Positions 47,437-57,675 are shown, counted from the first letter of the stretch. The stretch: 64,000 nt of DNA from Minisyncoccia bacterium (GCA_041740795.1 JBGSLH010000011.1:3875-67874); one strand, 5' to 3'. Numbers and translations are program-made. The notes: generated by a model from the letters alone, not told the origin.

Positions 47437-49657
47437 TAAAGAAATTAGAAATTAATAATGTAGGACGATTTAAATCCTCAAAAACAGATGGAGACGAACA
47501 ATTCTTTAAAAAGAATACTTTTGTTTATGGTAAAAATACTTACGGTAAAAGCACACTTACGGCAATTTTTAGGTCACTAATGGAAAATAATCCAGATTAC
47601 CTCATTGGAAGAAAGACTATAGGAAGTCAAAATCAAGCTGTTAAAATTATTCCTGAAATTACTACTCCTATCGGAGAATATCGATATACAACACATGAAG
47701 GAAAATGGAGTTCGAATTATAAAGATATAATCATCTTTGACAACCATTTTGTGAGAGAAAGTGTCTACACTCAGAATCAACAAATCGGTCAAGAACAGCA
47801 AAAGAATATCGAGGCATTTATGCTTGGTGCAAAAGGTGCTGAATATAATATAAAGATCTCAGGTCTTATTAATCAGATTGCTGAAAATACTAAAACTCAA
47901 ACATCAGTCAGTACTGAGTATACTAGAAATAAAAATCTATTAGGAGGACTTCCTTTTGATGATTTTCTTGAGCTCACTAAGATTTCAGATATTGATAAGA
48001 AGATCGAAAAGGAACAAAAAATCTTGATAAAGTAAAAAATTCAGAATTGATATTGAGCAAGCTTGGCAACATAAAAACTGTTCTTGCTCAGTATAAAGAT
48101 TTTGATATAACTGAAATTTCAGAAAATCTTTCTGTAAGTAGTGAATTAATAGATAAACATTTTGAGAATCATGTAAATCAACTTGAAACAAAACAATCAT
48201 ACGATGTTTTTTTACAGGAGGGATCTAAATTACGTTCTAGAACAGAAACCGAAAAATGCCCATTTTGTACACAAGAGATAAAAGGTGATTCTGTAAAAAA
48301 ATTTCTGAGTACTGTTGATCTGATTTATAATAATAAATATAGAAATCTTCAGGAGTCTATAAAAGAAGCAAGCAAAATATTTTCTCAGGAAAGTTTTTCA
48401 ACTGAGATTGATAAGGTAAAAACAGATCTTAAACAGGCAGGATATGTTTTGGAGATAGATTTTTCTAATATAGACAATCTTTTAAAAAAATGTGGAGATG
48501 TAATTACGGATAAAAAAGATGATTTATCTGCGGGTCTCGACACTGCTCCGTTTGTGGATATCTCCACAAAAGCTGGTGCACATATTGCAACAATTGAAGC
48601 CGAATTGATAAATTTTGAAAATCCCGTTGAAAAGAAAACAGAACTTGAAACTTCTTTGAAAATACTCAATGCAAACAAAGAAAGGTTCAGCTCTTGGGAA
48701 GATAGATCTGAAAGTTATCTCAAAGCTCAAAGAGATAATAAAACCCTTGGCACAAAAAAGACAAAGTTATGGGAAGATTATTTATTATATGCAAACGGGC
48801 TTTCTGCTACAATGCTTACTGATATTAACACCACATTAAGTGCTTGTAATTGCGATTTTACAGTCCAGAAATTTAATTTCAAAGGTAATCAGAGACAGGA
48901 TTTGCTTGTATTGAGTATGTCTGGAAATGAAATTTCTAATGATGGCGATGATTCCGAGATGACAATTAAAAACTGTCTGAGTGATAGTGATAAATGGATA
49001 CTAGCTCTCGCTTTCTTTTTAGCTACTGTAAAGAACGATACATTAATTAATGTTGTTATCATGGATGATCCTGTATCAAGTTTTGATTCTGACAGAAAAA
49101 GGATTATCTTAACTGAAATTAAAAGAATTTTGTCACTTACTGATAAGCAACTGATTCTTCTTACTCACGAAAAAGGTTTTTATCAGCTCTTGCATGCTGA
49201 AAATAGTGGTGATGCATCTGCTGTGTTTTTGAGAATATCTCTAGATAATCAACAGGGAAGTGATTTATTTGTATGTAATCCAAGTGAGGATGCAGAGTTT
49301 ATGAGTGATTATAATTGTTGGATCACTGACATGAAAAATGCAGGATCGTCACACGACATTACCACAGTAAAGAATGCTCATGGTTGTATTAGAAAAGTTG
49401 TTGAGCATGTTCTTAAGGTCAAATATCCTATTGAGCTAACAAAAGAAATTAATACTGTAGGGGATATGCTGACTAAGTTGGAAGAAGGAGGAGGGTCTTA
49501 TTCAACAATCAGCAAAAGATCAGAAATAAATTCTGTACTTACAAACTTAACTCATCACGATAATTCTGCTAATGGTCAATATCCTGTAACTCAACTTGGG
49601 ATAGAAGATTACAAAAAGGATATTAGGGATGCCTTTGATTTAATAAAAACATTGTGA
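47433..49657 (+). pseudogene. RloC/PrrC-like ABC-type (AAA_13) ATPase with zinc-hook CPFC and an Rx4H motif in the C-terminal region; split by a frameshift at an A6 run (48016-48021)
   Basis: Walker A GKNTYGKST lies in ORF 47415-48035. CPFCTQEI, Walker B VVIMDDPVSSFD, LLTHE and IRKVVEH lie in ORF 48047-49657. The second frame is open back to 47999. One extra A in the run would fuse the two frames. ATG 47433 overlaps the res stop (ATGA). Confidence 0.65.
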
Positions 49658-51141
49658 TGATTACTACCCTTACAAAAACAGACTTTAAAGAATATCTAAT
49701 TTGTCCTAAATGGCTTTGGGTAAAAAAGAAAAAACCTGAATTGTGTATTGAGGGTGAAATGTCGCTGTTTCTGGAAAAGTTAATTAAGGATGGTTACGAA
49801 GTGGAGGAATTTGCACAAATACTTTTTTCGAATGGGATTGAGATCACAGGAGATAGACAAACACTTATTGCTAAAACAAAAGATCTGTTACCAAAGCATC
49901 AAACTATGTTTCAAGCAACATTTCAAACAGACAGAGGACTTTTTGCAAAAGCTGATGTTCTAACTTTTAATAATGAAACTCAAAAATGGGATTTATACGA
50001 GATCAAGGCTAGTTCGGACATAAAAACAGATCTGCAACACAATCATTTAAAAGATATTACTTTTCAAACTATAACTGTAGAAGATGTAGGTGTCACAGTT
50101 GGTAGAAGTTTTATAATTCATATTAACAAAGAATATCGTCGAAACGGAAGCATTGATTCAAATGAACTTTTTGTCATCAGAGATGTAACAGATGAAGTTC
50201 AAAAAGATAAGGAAAATGTACGTCTTGAAATAAACGAGGCACTATCTCTACTCGCTAAAGATGATATTTCTTTTGATGGTTGTGGTTGTTTGTACAGAAG
50301 TCATGGTCAAAGATGTGATAGTTTTGAATTGTTTAATCCAAAAGTAGCAAAGTACTCAGTTCACCATATTGTGGGAGGAAAGAAACTGCAAGCTCTTTTA
50401 GATAACGATATTCTTGATGTAGTAGATATTCCAGATGATTTTGATCTCACTGATATTCAACATGAAAAAGTTGTCCTTCAAAAATCGAGAAAACCTCTTA
50501 TTGATATTGAATCAATACAACAAACTCTTTCAAATCTGACATTCCCAATATATTTTCTTGACTATGAAACATTTGGGAAACCATACCCAATATTAGACGG
50601 ATATAAAACAAATCAACAAATTGTTTTTCAAGTATCGATCCATGTAGTACAAGAGAATGGTGATATTGAACATTGTGAATATTTGGGTAATGATTTTGAA
50701 ACAGCAACAACAGGACTGCTTGAAATGATGAAAGAAAAAATTGGTCCAGTTGGATCTGTGATTGTTTGGAATGAAGGATTTGAGAAAGGAAGAAATAAGG
50801 AATTAATGGAAATACATCCTGAGTATAAAGATTTCTTGGAAGATATAAATAATCGGATATACGACCTCATGCTTGTTTTCAAAAAAGATTACCTGCACCC
50901 AGACTTTTTTGGAAGTGCTTCTATCAAGAAAGTTCTGCCAGTATTGCTTCCTGAACTTTCATATAAAAATCTTGAAATTCAAGACGGAACTATGGCACTG
51001 AGTGAATGGGAACGAAGTCTTAATGGTGATATTAGCTCAACAGAAAGAGAAAAAATAAGAGAGAATCTTTTGAAGTATTGTAAGTTGGATACTTTTGCGA
51101 TGGTTGAAATATGGAAGGTACTAAAGAAGATAATTGAATAA
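49654..51141 (+). CDS. DUF2779-like protein (N-terminal Cas4/RecB-like nuclease region + C-terminal exonuclease-like region)
   Basis: LTKTDFKEYLICPKWLWV, YEIKAS and FPIYFLDYETF are as I recall for DUF2779 proteins. The start (GTGATGA) overlaps the previous stop. Confidence 0.55.
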   Translation: MMITTLTKTDFKEYLICPKWLWVKKKKPELCIEGEMSLFLEKLIKDGYEVEEFAQILFSNGIEITGDRQTLIAKTKDLLPKHQTMFQATFQTDRGLFAKADVLTFNNETQKWDLYEIKASSDIKTDLQHNHLKDITFQTITVEDVGVTVGRSFIIHINKEYRRNGSIDSNELFVIRDVTDEVQKDKENVRLEINEALSLLAKDDISFDGCGCLYRSHGQRCDSFELFNPKVAKYSVHHIVGGKKLQALLDNDILDVVDIPDDFDLTDIQHEKVVLQKSRKPLIDIESIQQTLSNLTFPIYFLDYETFGKPYPILDGYKTNQQIVFQVSIHVVQENGDIEHCEYLGNDFETATTGLLEMMKEKIGPVGSVIVWNEGFEKGRNKELMEIHPEYKDFLEDINNRIYDLMLVFKKDYLHPDFFGSASIKKVLPVLLPELSYKNLEIQDGTMALSEWERSLNGDISSTEREKIRENLLKYCKLDTFAMVEIWKVLKKIIE

Positions 51142-51145
51142 AAAT

Positions 51146-51808
51146 ATGGATAATGTCTCAGTATCATTAAAAAATTTACGTTCTATTAGTGATGAGCATC
51201 AAATAATGGGTGCTGAAATTATGAATGCGGCATCCAGTAAAATGTATTTTTTGGACATTATTGCTATTTCAGTTCTGAATCGTTCGGCTTGTTTGCTAGA
51301 CGGTTTTTGTGATCTTATTGAGAAAAAGAATTTTATTGCAGCTGCTCCACTTATCCGATTACAACTTGATAATTTATTAAGATTTCAAGGAGCATGGTTA
51401 GTTGAAGACCCTCATAAATTTTCAGAGGAAGTGTTTAGAGGTACACATATTGGAAAACTTAAGGATAGAGATGGTCATTCCATGACTGATTATTACTTGG
51501 TCAAAAAAATTTCCGAGAAATATCCTATAATGGAAAGTGTATATAAACATACTTCAGGATATGTTCATTTATCAGATAAACATATATTTAATAGTTTAGG
51601 GAGAGTAAAAGAAGGGGATATATTTAATATAAAAATAAGTTCATCAGATGAATTTATTGATGAAAAAGTTTATTTGGAAGCACTTCGTGCTTTTTTTGAA
51701 ATAACAGGAATACTTTTTAGTTACATGAAAGGGTGGTCGTTAACGAAGGATGGTAAGTTTACTAAACAAGGCATAGAAGAATTATCTAATGAAAATATCC
51801 ATGAATAA
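51146..51808 (+). CDS. Hypothetical protein (about 220 aa)
   Basis: The ORF track starts at TTG 51134; the first ATG at 51146 is 4 nt after the previous stop. No family recognised. Confidence 0.4.
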   Translation: MDNVSVSLKNLRSISDEHQIMGAEIMNAASSKMYFLDIIAISVLNRSACLLDGFCDLIEKKNFIAAAPLIRLQLDNLLRFQGAWLVEDPHKFSEEVFRGTHIGKLKDRDGHSMTDYYLVKKISEKYPIMESVYKHTSGYVHLSDKHIFNSLGRVKEGDIFNIKISSSDEFIDEKVYLEALRAFFEITGILFSYMKGWSLTKDGKFTKQGIEELSNENIHE

Positions 51809-54518
51809 GATTGATTCTCAAATATTAACAATAGATGAAAATATTCAGCAAAATATTGAAAAATTTTCTCCTAGAGAAAGGGGTCTTTTGTCTCAGAATA
51901 TACTTTCTCAGCTTAGAAACTTTGTTGAACATATCTCTCTGAAAGCTTACTGTAATGGTGGTGATATCGAGGACACATATGAAAATATTGTATCTGCAAT
52001 TGAATATATAAAGACCAGAGGAGACTTGAGGTTTTTAAGTAAATTTCATTATTTCCTACAAAAGATAGCTTCTCACTATACTCTCGAACAAGATGCATCA
52101 GAGCGATTAATGCTCAAATACTACGAGTATCTACTTAGAGTTAAAAGGTATGTAGATGATGCTTTCAATCTTGAAGTTCTTAAGAATATTGACCAGTTTC
52201 CGCTTGATACAGATTCAAACTTGAGAGAGTATCGAGAGAAAATAATTGAAAGGATTAATCTCCCAGAGTCTGAAAGGGAAAAAGGAGACTATCGTGACAG
52301 GTATTACATACAGAAGATAAAGCCTTTTTTTGTAAAACATGAGATATATTATGAGGTGACATTTACTACAGCCAATGATTGGTCGAGTAAGTTTGACCGA
52401 ATTATAGCTTTCACTAGATTTGATATTCCTCAAAATTATTCCGTTAGACTATCGGTGAGTTATGACACTATCGAAGTTTTGGGAAAAAATATGCCTATTC
52501 AAATTATTGATAGTTGGGAGGTTTCAATACGTCCATGCGAACTTAATAACTTTGCTAGTATTTTTGGTTCTCATTCAAAAATAAGTGGTGGAAATTTAGG
52601 ATATCGAAAGTTGATGGGCTTTCTTACTGAATCAGGGTTTTCTTTATCTGAAATTGTTGATTTTGAAGATGGAATGTATGACGAAATAAAAAATCACTTA
52701 ATCAGTGGTGTAAAAACATCTCACTTCTTTGATATTTTGGATAAATGTCGTGAAATAACGAAGGATGTTAAGTCTGGAACCAACATTCTTAAATATTTGC
52801 TCTATAGATTGAATAATAAAGTTATAAAAAAGCAATACAAAAGAGAAGTGTGTGAAATATTGTCCAATCTTTATCTTAATTATGGGTGTATTCCATTTGA
52901 CCAGATGCCATTTAATTCATCCTTGATGAATCATAATCCGAAGACGTCAGATTTGTTTGATTGTATAGATATACAAAACCGTGAACATGAATTTTTTGCT
53001 AGATTTATTAAAAATAATACTGAAATAAAATGTCATCTGTACACTCATAAGAATGATATTGCTGGTTTTGATGATGTAGATACGCTGATAAAAAATTATA
53101 ATAGAAAACTATATTATAAACACGGACACAGAAGATTAGAGACTTTCAATAAACATATTTTTATAAAAGGATATGAAAAAGATACTCTCGATATTGTACG
53201 TCAATTGATTGAGTTATCATCAGATAATATCGATAATTATTCAAATTCAGTGATTTCATGGTTGCATTCATCTGCGTACAAGATTGATTGTGATGACAAG
53301 AAAGTTATTCTTACTCAAGCATTTGAGAATTCGAGAGTTGCTCTTATATATGGATCTGCAGGAACAGGTAAATCGACTTTGATAAATCATATATCTAATT
53401 TTTTTAGTGGTAAGAATAAATTATATCTTGCTAATACGAACCCAGCTGTTGATAATTTAAAGAGGAAGGTTGATTCGGCAGGGTGTTCATTCAAGACAAT
53501 ATCAAAATTTTTGTCTCAGAGAAATACAGATACAGAATATGATTTATTGGTTATTGATGAGTGTAGTACTGTGAGCAATTCTGATATGGTGGATATTTTA
53601 AATAAGGCTACTTTTAAACTCCTTGTGTTGGTCGGTGATGTATTTCAGATTGAATCGATAATTTTTGGAAATTGGTTTAATGTTGCAAGATCGTTCGTTC
53701 CAGATACATCAGTGTTTGAATTAACCAAACCATATCGCAGTACAAACGAAAAGCTTGTTAATCTATGGGACAAAGTCAGAAATATAGAAGATGATATCTC
53801 AGAACATATTGCAAAAAACAAATATTCAATGGTTCTTGATGAGTCAATATTTGATTCTTTTGAAGAGGATGAAATAATTCTATGTTTGAATTATGACGGA
53901 CTTTATGGAATTAATAATATTAATAAGTTCTTGCAAAGTAGTAATACTAACCCTCCGATCCAATGGGGTATTCAAACTTACAAGGTGGGTGACCCAGTTC
54001 TATTTAATGAAACTGATAGATTTACGCCACTCATATACAATAATTTGAAAGGAAAAATTGCGGGTATTGAGAAATTCGAAGACAAGATACAGTTTGATAT
54101 TGAAATAGAAATGACATTAAATCAATTAGATGTCGAAGGATATGATTTCGATTTAATGCCTAATGCGGAGAATGGTAATTCTGTAATTCAATTTTATGTT
54201 AATAAATTTCAAAGCTCAGATGAAGATGATGAGTCTACAGTTGATACTGTGATACCATTTCAGGTTGCTTATGCTGTATCTATTCATAAGGCACAAGGAC
54301 TTGAATATGATTCAGTTAAGGTGGTTATTGCTAATGAAGTAGAGGAGATGATAACTCATAATATTTTTTATACTGCAATAACTCGGGCAAAGGAAAAATT
54401 GAAAATATATTGGAGTGCAGAAACTCAGAGTAAAGTGTTAACAAGTCTGGAGAAAAGAGATAGTAGAAAGGATGTTGCTTTGTTATTACAAAAACTAAAT
54501 CCTGATATTGATTTATAA
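51789..54518 (+). CDS. Large protein: N-terminal region with an HEPN-like RNFVEH motif, C-terminal SF1 (RecD/AAA_30 + UvrD_C_2-like) helicase
   Basis: SQLRNFVEHISLK near the N-terminus. Walker A IYGSAGTGKST, Walker B LLVIDECS, and AYAVSIHKAQGLEYDSVKVV...YTAITRAKEKL. Confidence 0.65.
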   Translation: MKISMNKIDSQILTIDENIQQNIEKFSPRERGLLSQNILSQLRNFVEHISLKAYCNGGDIEDTYENIVSAIEYIKTRGDLRFLSKFHYFLQKIASHYTLEQDASERLMLKYYEYLLRVKRYVDDAFNLEVLKNIDQFPLDTDSNLREYREKIIERINLPESEREKGDYRDRYYIQKIKPFFVKHEIYYEVTFTTANDWSSKFDRIIAFTRFDIPQNYSVRLSVSYDTIEVLGKNMPIQIIDSWEVSIRPCELNNFASIFGSHSKISGGNLGYRKLMGFLTESGFSLSEIVDFEDGMYDEIKNHLISGVKTSHFFDILDKCREITKDVKSGTNILKYLLYRLNNKVIKKQYKREVCEILSNLYLNYGCIPFDQMPFNSSLMNHNPKTSDLFDCIDIQNREHEFFARFIKNNTEIKCHLYTHKNDIAGFDDVDTLIKNYNRKLYYKHGHRRLETFNKHIFIKGYEKDTLDIVRQLIELSSDNIDNYSNSVISWLHSSAYKIDCDDKKVILTQAFENSRVALIYGSAGTGKSTLINHISNFFSGKNKLYLANTNPAVDNLKRKVDSAGCSFKTISKFLSQRNTDTEYDLLVIDECSTVSNSDMVDILNKATFKLLVLVGDVFQIESIIFGNWFNVARSFVPDTSVFELTKPYRSTNEKLVNLWDKVRNIEDDISEHIAKNKYSMVLDESIFDSFEEDEIILCLNYDGLYGINNINKFLQSSNTNPPIQWGIQTYKVGDPVLFNETDRFTPLIYNNLKGKIAGIEKFEDKIQFDIEIEMTLNQLDVEGYDFDLMPNAENGNSVIQFYVNKFQSSDEDDESTVDTVIPFQVAYAVSIHKAQGLEYDSVKVVIANEVEEMITHNIFYTAITRAKEKLKIYWSAETQSKVLTSLEKRDSRKDVALLLQKLNPDIDL

Positions 54519-54574
54519 ACAGAAAATAATTTAGATACTATTTTATTACTCATATAATATTCTATAATTATTAT

Positions 54575-55912
54575 GTGAGTAAGTATTTGAAGTCAAAACA
54601 ATACTACATTGACCTGTATGATAAACATACTGTGGAACGTTGTCGTCGTATTGTAAAGAAAGATGAAAACGATAATTCCAAATTCTTGCAAGACAAGAAA
54701 GTAACGAAGAAGCAAGCTAAAGCAGTAAAAGAGTGGGCTGAAGATTTCATTCTTAAAATGGAAACAGGAGAAAGATATCTTAATAAAGAAAAAACTATTC
54801 AAGATTGGATGAATGAAGATCAAAGGAAAGATGATTTATATGAGAATACTCAAGCTCCTGAAGACATACGATGCCTCACTTGCCGTAATCGTATGATTCC
54901 AACTTTTAAAGATTTGTGGCATGGAGATGATAAGGAGGAACGTGTTCTATTTATGTATGACTGTCCAAACAAATGCATGCCTCGACGGGCATTTTTTAAT
55001 GATGGTGAAGAATGGAGAATTAAAGCTCATGTTTGTAAGAATTGTTCTGCACCTACAACTCAGACTACAAAAGATGATGGAAAGAAACTTATCACTACAT
55101 ACAAGTGTTCAAAATGTAAATATATAGAAATAGACGAGATCGAATGGAGTAGTAAGACGGATAATGATTTCGATGAATACTTTGCGTCTGACAGAGACAG
55201 ATTCTGTCTATCTGATGAAGAAGGTGGTAAGTATAAAGAGTTTAAATGGAATTTGGAGGGCATGGGTCACTTCATGGAAGAATGGAAAGAAAAAGAAGAT
55301 GCTCTTGCAAAACGTCTGGAAGAAAATCCTAAAGGATTTCATAAAGAAGGGGCTGGGTATACTTGTGCAATTTGTCAGGATCATACTGCTGAGGGTGATA
55401 ACTGGTATGACAAGTGGGGAGTGAAATGTCTTGTGTGTCAGAACGCAATTGATAAAGGTGAAATTCCTGCATCACTCGCAAAGAATAGAGATAGTTGGTA
55501 TAGAAAGTTTGATTTTGATTATTATTTTAACGTTAAAAGCCAGACATTAAATAAATGGATCAAAGAAGGAATCGTTATTCCACGAACAATCTCTCATTAT
55601 GGTGAAGGAATACATACTCAAATCTTCTTAATTAAAGATAATAAAGGTTTTCTTCCGCCAAAGAAACTAATTGAATCCAAGAGCGGAAGATTTGTTAAAG
55701 ATGGTAAAGAGATGACTGGAATATATCCATGGTATCAATGCGGTGATCCTCATAAAATATTAAAGGGATATAAGATTATGGATTATTTGCGAGTTATACC
55801 TCCTGAAGAAATGAAGCAACGAGAGATCGAGAAAAAAGAGAAAGAGGAGGCTCGTCGATTGCATCGAGAGAAGGTAAAACTTGTTCGAAAGGGTCGGAAG
55901 AATTGTAAATGA
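54575..55912 (+). CDS. Multi-zinc-ribbon protein with a basic C-terminal tail
   Basis: GTG start 6 nt downstream of tataat (54563-54568). At least six CxxC pairs: CLTCRN, CPNKC, CKNCS, CSKCK, CAICQ, CLVCQ. Lys/Arg/Glu-rich C-terminus. Confidence 0.4.
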   Translation: MSKYLKSKQYYIDLYDKHTVERCRRIVKKDENDNSKFLQDKKVTKKQAKAVKEWAEDFILKMETGERYLNKEKTIQDWMNEDQRKDDLYENTQAPEDIRCLTCRNRMIPTFKDLWHGDDKEERVLFMYDCPNKCMPRRAFFNDGEEWRIKAHVCKNCSAPTTQTTKDDGKKLITTYKCSKCKYIEIDEIEWSSKTDNDFDEYFASDRDRFCLSDEEGGKYKEFKWNLEGMGHFMEEWKEKEDALAKRLEENPKGFHKEGAGYTCAICQDHTAEGDNWYDKWGVKCLVCQNAIDKGEIPASLAKNRDSWYRKFDFDYYFNVKSQTLNKWIKEGIVIPRTISHYGEGIHTQIFLIKDNKGFLPPKKLIESKSGRFVKDGKEMTGIYPWYQCGDPHKILKGYKIMDYLRVIPPEEMKQREIEKKEKEEARRLHREKVKLVRKGRKNCK

Positions 55913-56066
55913 GACAGTGACCGAGACGGGTGTTTTGTGTCTCATTTGTAGCATTCACAAAATGACCCTATAGACCGAGACACCTCATATAAGGAGTAGA
56001 TGAGGAGACAAAGGATGTTGTGTTGTCTTGCCTCACCAGTTCATGACCATGATAGCCTACAAAGGA

Positions 56067-56096
56067 CAAAAGGGGCGGCCAAAGGCCGCCCCTTTT
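56067..56096 (+). terminator. Rho-independent terminator at the end of the island
   Basis: aaaaggggcggcc-aaa-ggccgcccctttt followed by gtttt. Confidence 0.75.
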
Positions 56097-56145
56097 GTTT
56101 TACAAAACCCTATTTTGGGTTATAGTGTAATTCTTAAAACCACAT

Positions 56146-56219
56146 GCCGAGGTAGCTCAGTTGGTTAGAGCGGTCGTCTCATACGCGACAGGTCGTGAGT
56201 TCAACTCTCACCCTCGGCA
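56146..56219 (+). tRNA. tRNA with anticodon CAT (Met elongator-like)
   Basis: Acceptor GCCGAGG/CCTCGGC, D arm GCTC-AGTTGGTTA-GAGC, anticodon arm GTCGT-CTCATAC-GCGAC, T arm GTGAG-TTCAACT-CTCAC, discriminator A. Confidence 0.8.
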
Positions 56220-56283
56220 CTATAAACAAATTGCAGAATATCCCCTGCAATGTATAATCCAATCATAATCTAATCAATACAAC

Positions 56284-57675
56284 ATGGAGAGAACATATAT
56301 CAAAGACCTCAGTTCAAAACTTGAACAGGAAGTAATCATTAAAGGGTGGATCGATGTACGTCGTGACCAAGGAAAACTTATTTTCTTGGATTTTCGAGAT
56401 GTAACGGGAAAGGTCCAGGGAGTAATTCTTCCCAATGCGACAGACGCCCATGCAGTCGGATCGACTGTTCGACCAGAGTGGGTTGTTGAAGTAAAAGGAA
56501 AGGTGAACAAGCGACCAGAACGAAACATCCAGGCTGACAAGGTGAACGGTGATATCGAACTTGAAATTCTTTCTATTGTTGTATTGAATGAAGCGACAAC
56601 TCCTCCTTTTAATATTGATGAGGATGGAAAAGATATTGGAGAAGAAAACAGACTCAAGTATCGTTACATCGATCTTAGACGAGAACGGATGCAAAAGAAT
56701 ATCCAGAACCGACACAAGGTTCTGCAATTCATCAGGCAATTTTACTCAAAAGAAAACTTTTTTGAAATTGATACTCCATATATGACCAAGTCCACGCCTG
56801 AAGGTTCACGTGATTACGTCATACCGTCACGGATTTATCCTGGCAAATTCTATGCTCTCCCACAATCTCCACAGCAATATAAACAGTTGTTGATGTCATC
56901 TGGTTTTGAAAAATATTTCCAGGTTGCGCGTTGTTTTCGCGATGAGGATACTCGAGGTGACAGACAACCTGAATTCACACAAGTTGATATTGAAATGAGT
57001 TTTGTGACTCAAGAAGATGTGATGGTCGTGAACGAAAAGATGATGATCGAACTTGTGCAGACTCTGTATCCAGAAAAACGAATCCAGCAAATTCCTTTTC
57101 CACGAATATCATACGAAGAAGCGATGTCCAAATATAATTCTGACAAGCCTGACATCCGAGAGGACAAGGAAGATCCGAATCTTCTGGCATTCTGTTGGGT
57201 TATTGATTTTCCTTTCTTTGAAAAAATAGACAAAGGAGAATGGACATTCACGCACAATCCCTTTTCGGCACCGAAGCCAGAATATCTTGCTGACTTGCAG
57301 GACCCTTCAAAAATTGAAGGCATCGTCGCGGCGCAATACGACATGGTGTTGAATGGGTCAGAGATTGGAGGAGGTGGAATTCGAAACCACAATCCAGAAG
57401 ATCTCAAGAAAGTTTTTGAAATCATGGGATATTCAGATGAGCGGATCGAAAGCAATTTTGGACACATGCTTGCTGCGCTTGGTTCAGGAACTCCTCCTCA
57501 TGGAGGTCTGGCGTTCGGGTTCGACCGTCTTATGATGCTTCTTCAAAACGAGCCGAATATCCGTGAAGTGATTCCTTTTGCCAAGACAGGAGAGGGAAGA
57601 GACCCTATGATGGAATCTCCAGCTGAGATTACGCAAGAACAGCTGCTGGAGCTTGGGATTATCTTGAAGAAATAA
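56284..57675 (+). CDS. aspS: Aspartyl-tRNA synthetase, bacterial-type motifs but lacking the GAD insertion domain (463 aa)
   Basis: N-terminal OB fold GWIDVRRDQGKLIFLDFRD. Motif 2 FRDEDTRGDRQPEFTQVDIEMSF. SDKPDIR leads directly to FCWVIDFPFFE. Motif 3 GGLAFGFDRL. Confidence 0.9.
   Translation: MERTYIKDLSSKLEQEVIIKGWIDVRRDQGKLIFLDFRDVTGKVQGVILPNATDAHAVGSTVRPEWVVEVKGKVNKRPERNIQADKVNGDIELEILSIVVLNEATTPPFNIDEDGKDIGEENRLKYRYIDLRRERMQKNIQNRHKVLQFIRQFYSKENFFEIDTPYMTKSTPEGSRDYVIPSRIYPGKFYALPQSPQQYKQLLMSSGFEKYFQVARCFRDEDTRGDRQPEFTQVDIEMSFVTQEDVMVVNEKMMIELVQTLYPEKRIQQIPFPRISYEEAMSKYNSDKPDIREDKEDPNLLAFCWVIDFPFFEKIDKGEWTFTHNPFSAPKPEYLADLQDPSKIEGIVAAQYDMVLNGSEIGGGGIRNHNPEDLKKVFEIMGYSDERIESNFGHMLAALGSGTPPHGGLAFGFDRLMMLLQNEPNIREVIPFAKTGEGRDPMMESPAEITQEQLLELGIILKK

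Larger units (their letters stand above)
42376..55912 (+). other. Defence-type accessory island (all genes on the plus strand, very AT-rich)
   Basis: Contiguous nuclease, type III R-M, ABC/AAA_13-type ATPase, DUF2779, helicase and Zn-ribbon genes. The island ends 230 nt before tRNA(CAT) 56146. Confidence 0.55.

Noticed and set aside
56146-56219. tRNA(CAT) 56146 as the integration site of the 32.9-56.1 kb island.
   Set aside because: The island lies on the 5' side of this plus-strand tRNA. No duplicated 3'-end fragment is seen at the far end. The recombinase is a serine type, which does not typically target tRNA 3' ends. The tRNA is only recorded as the neighbouring landmark.
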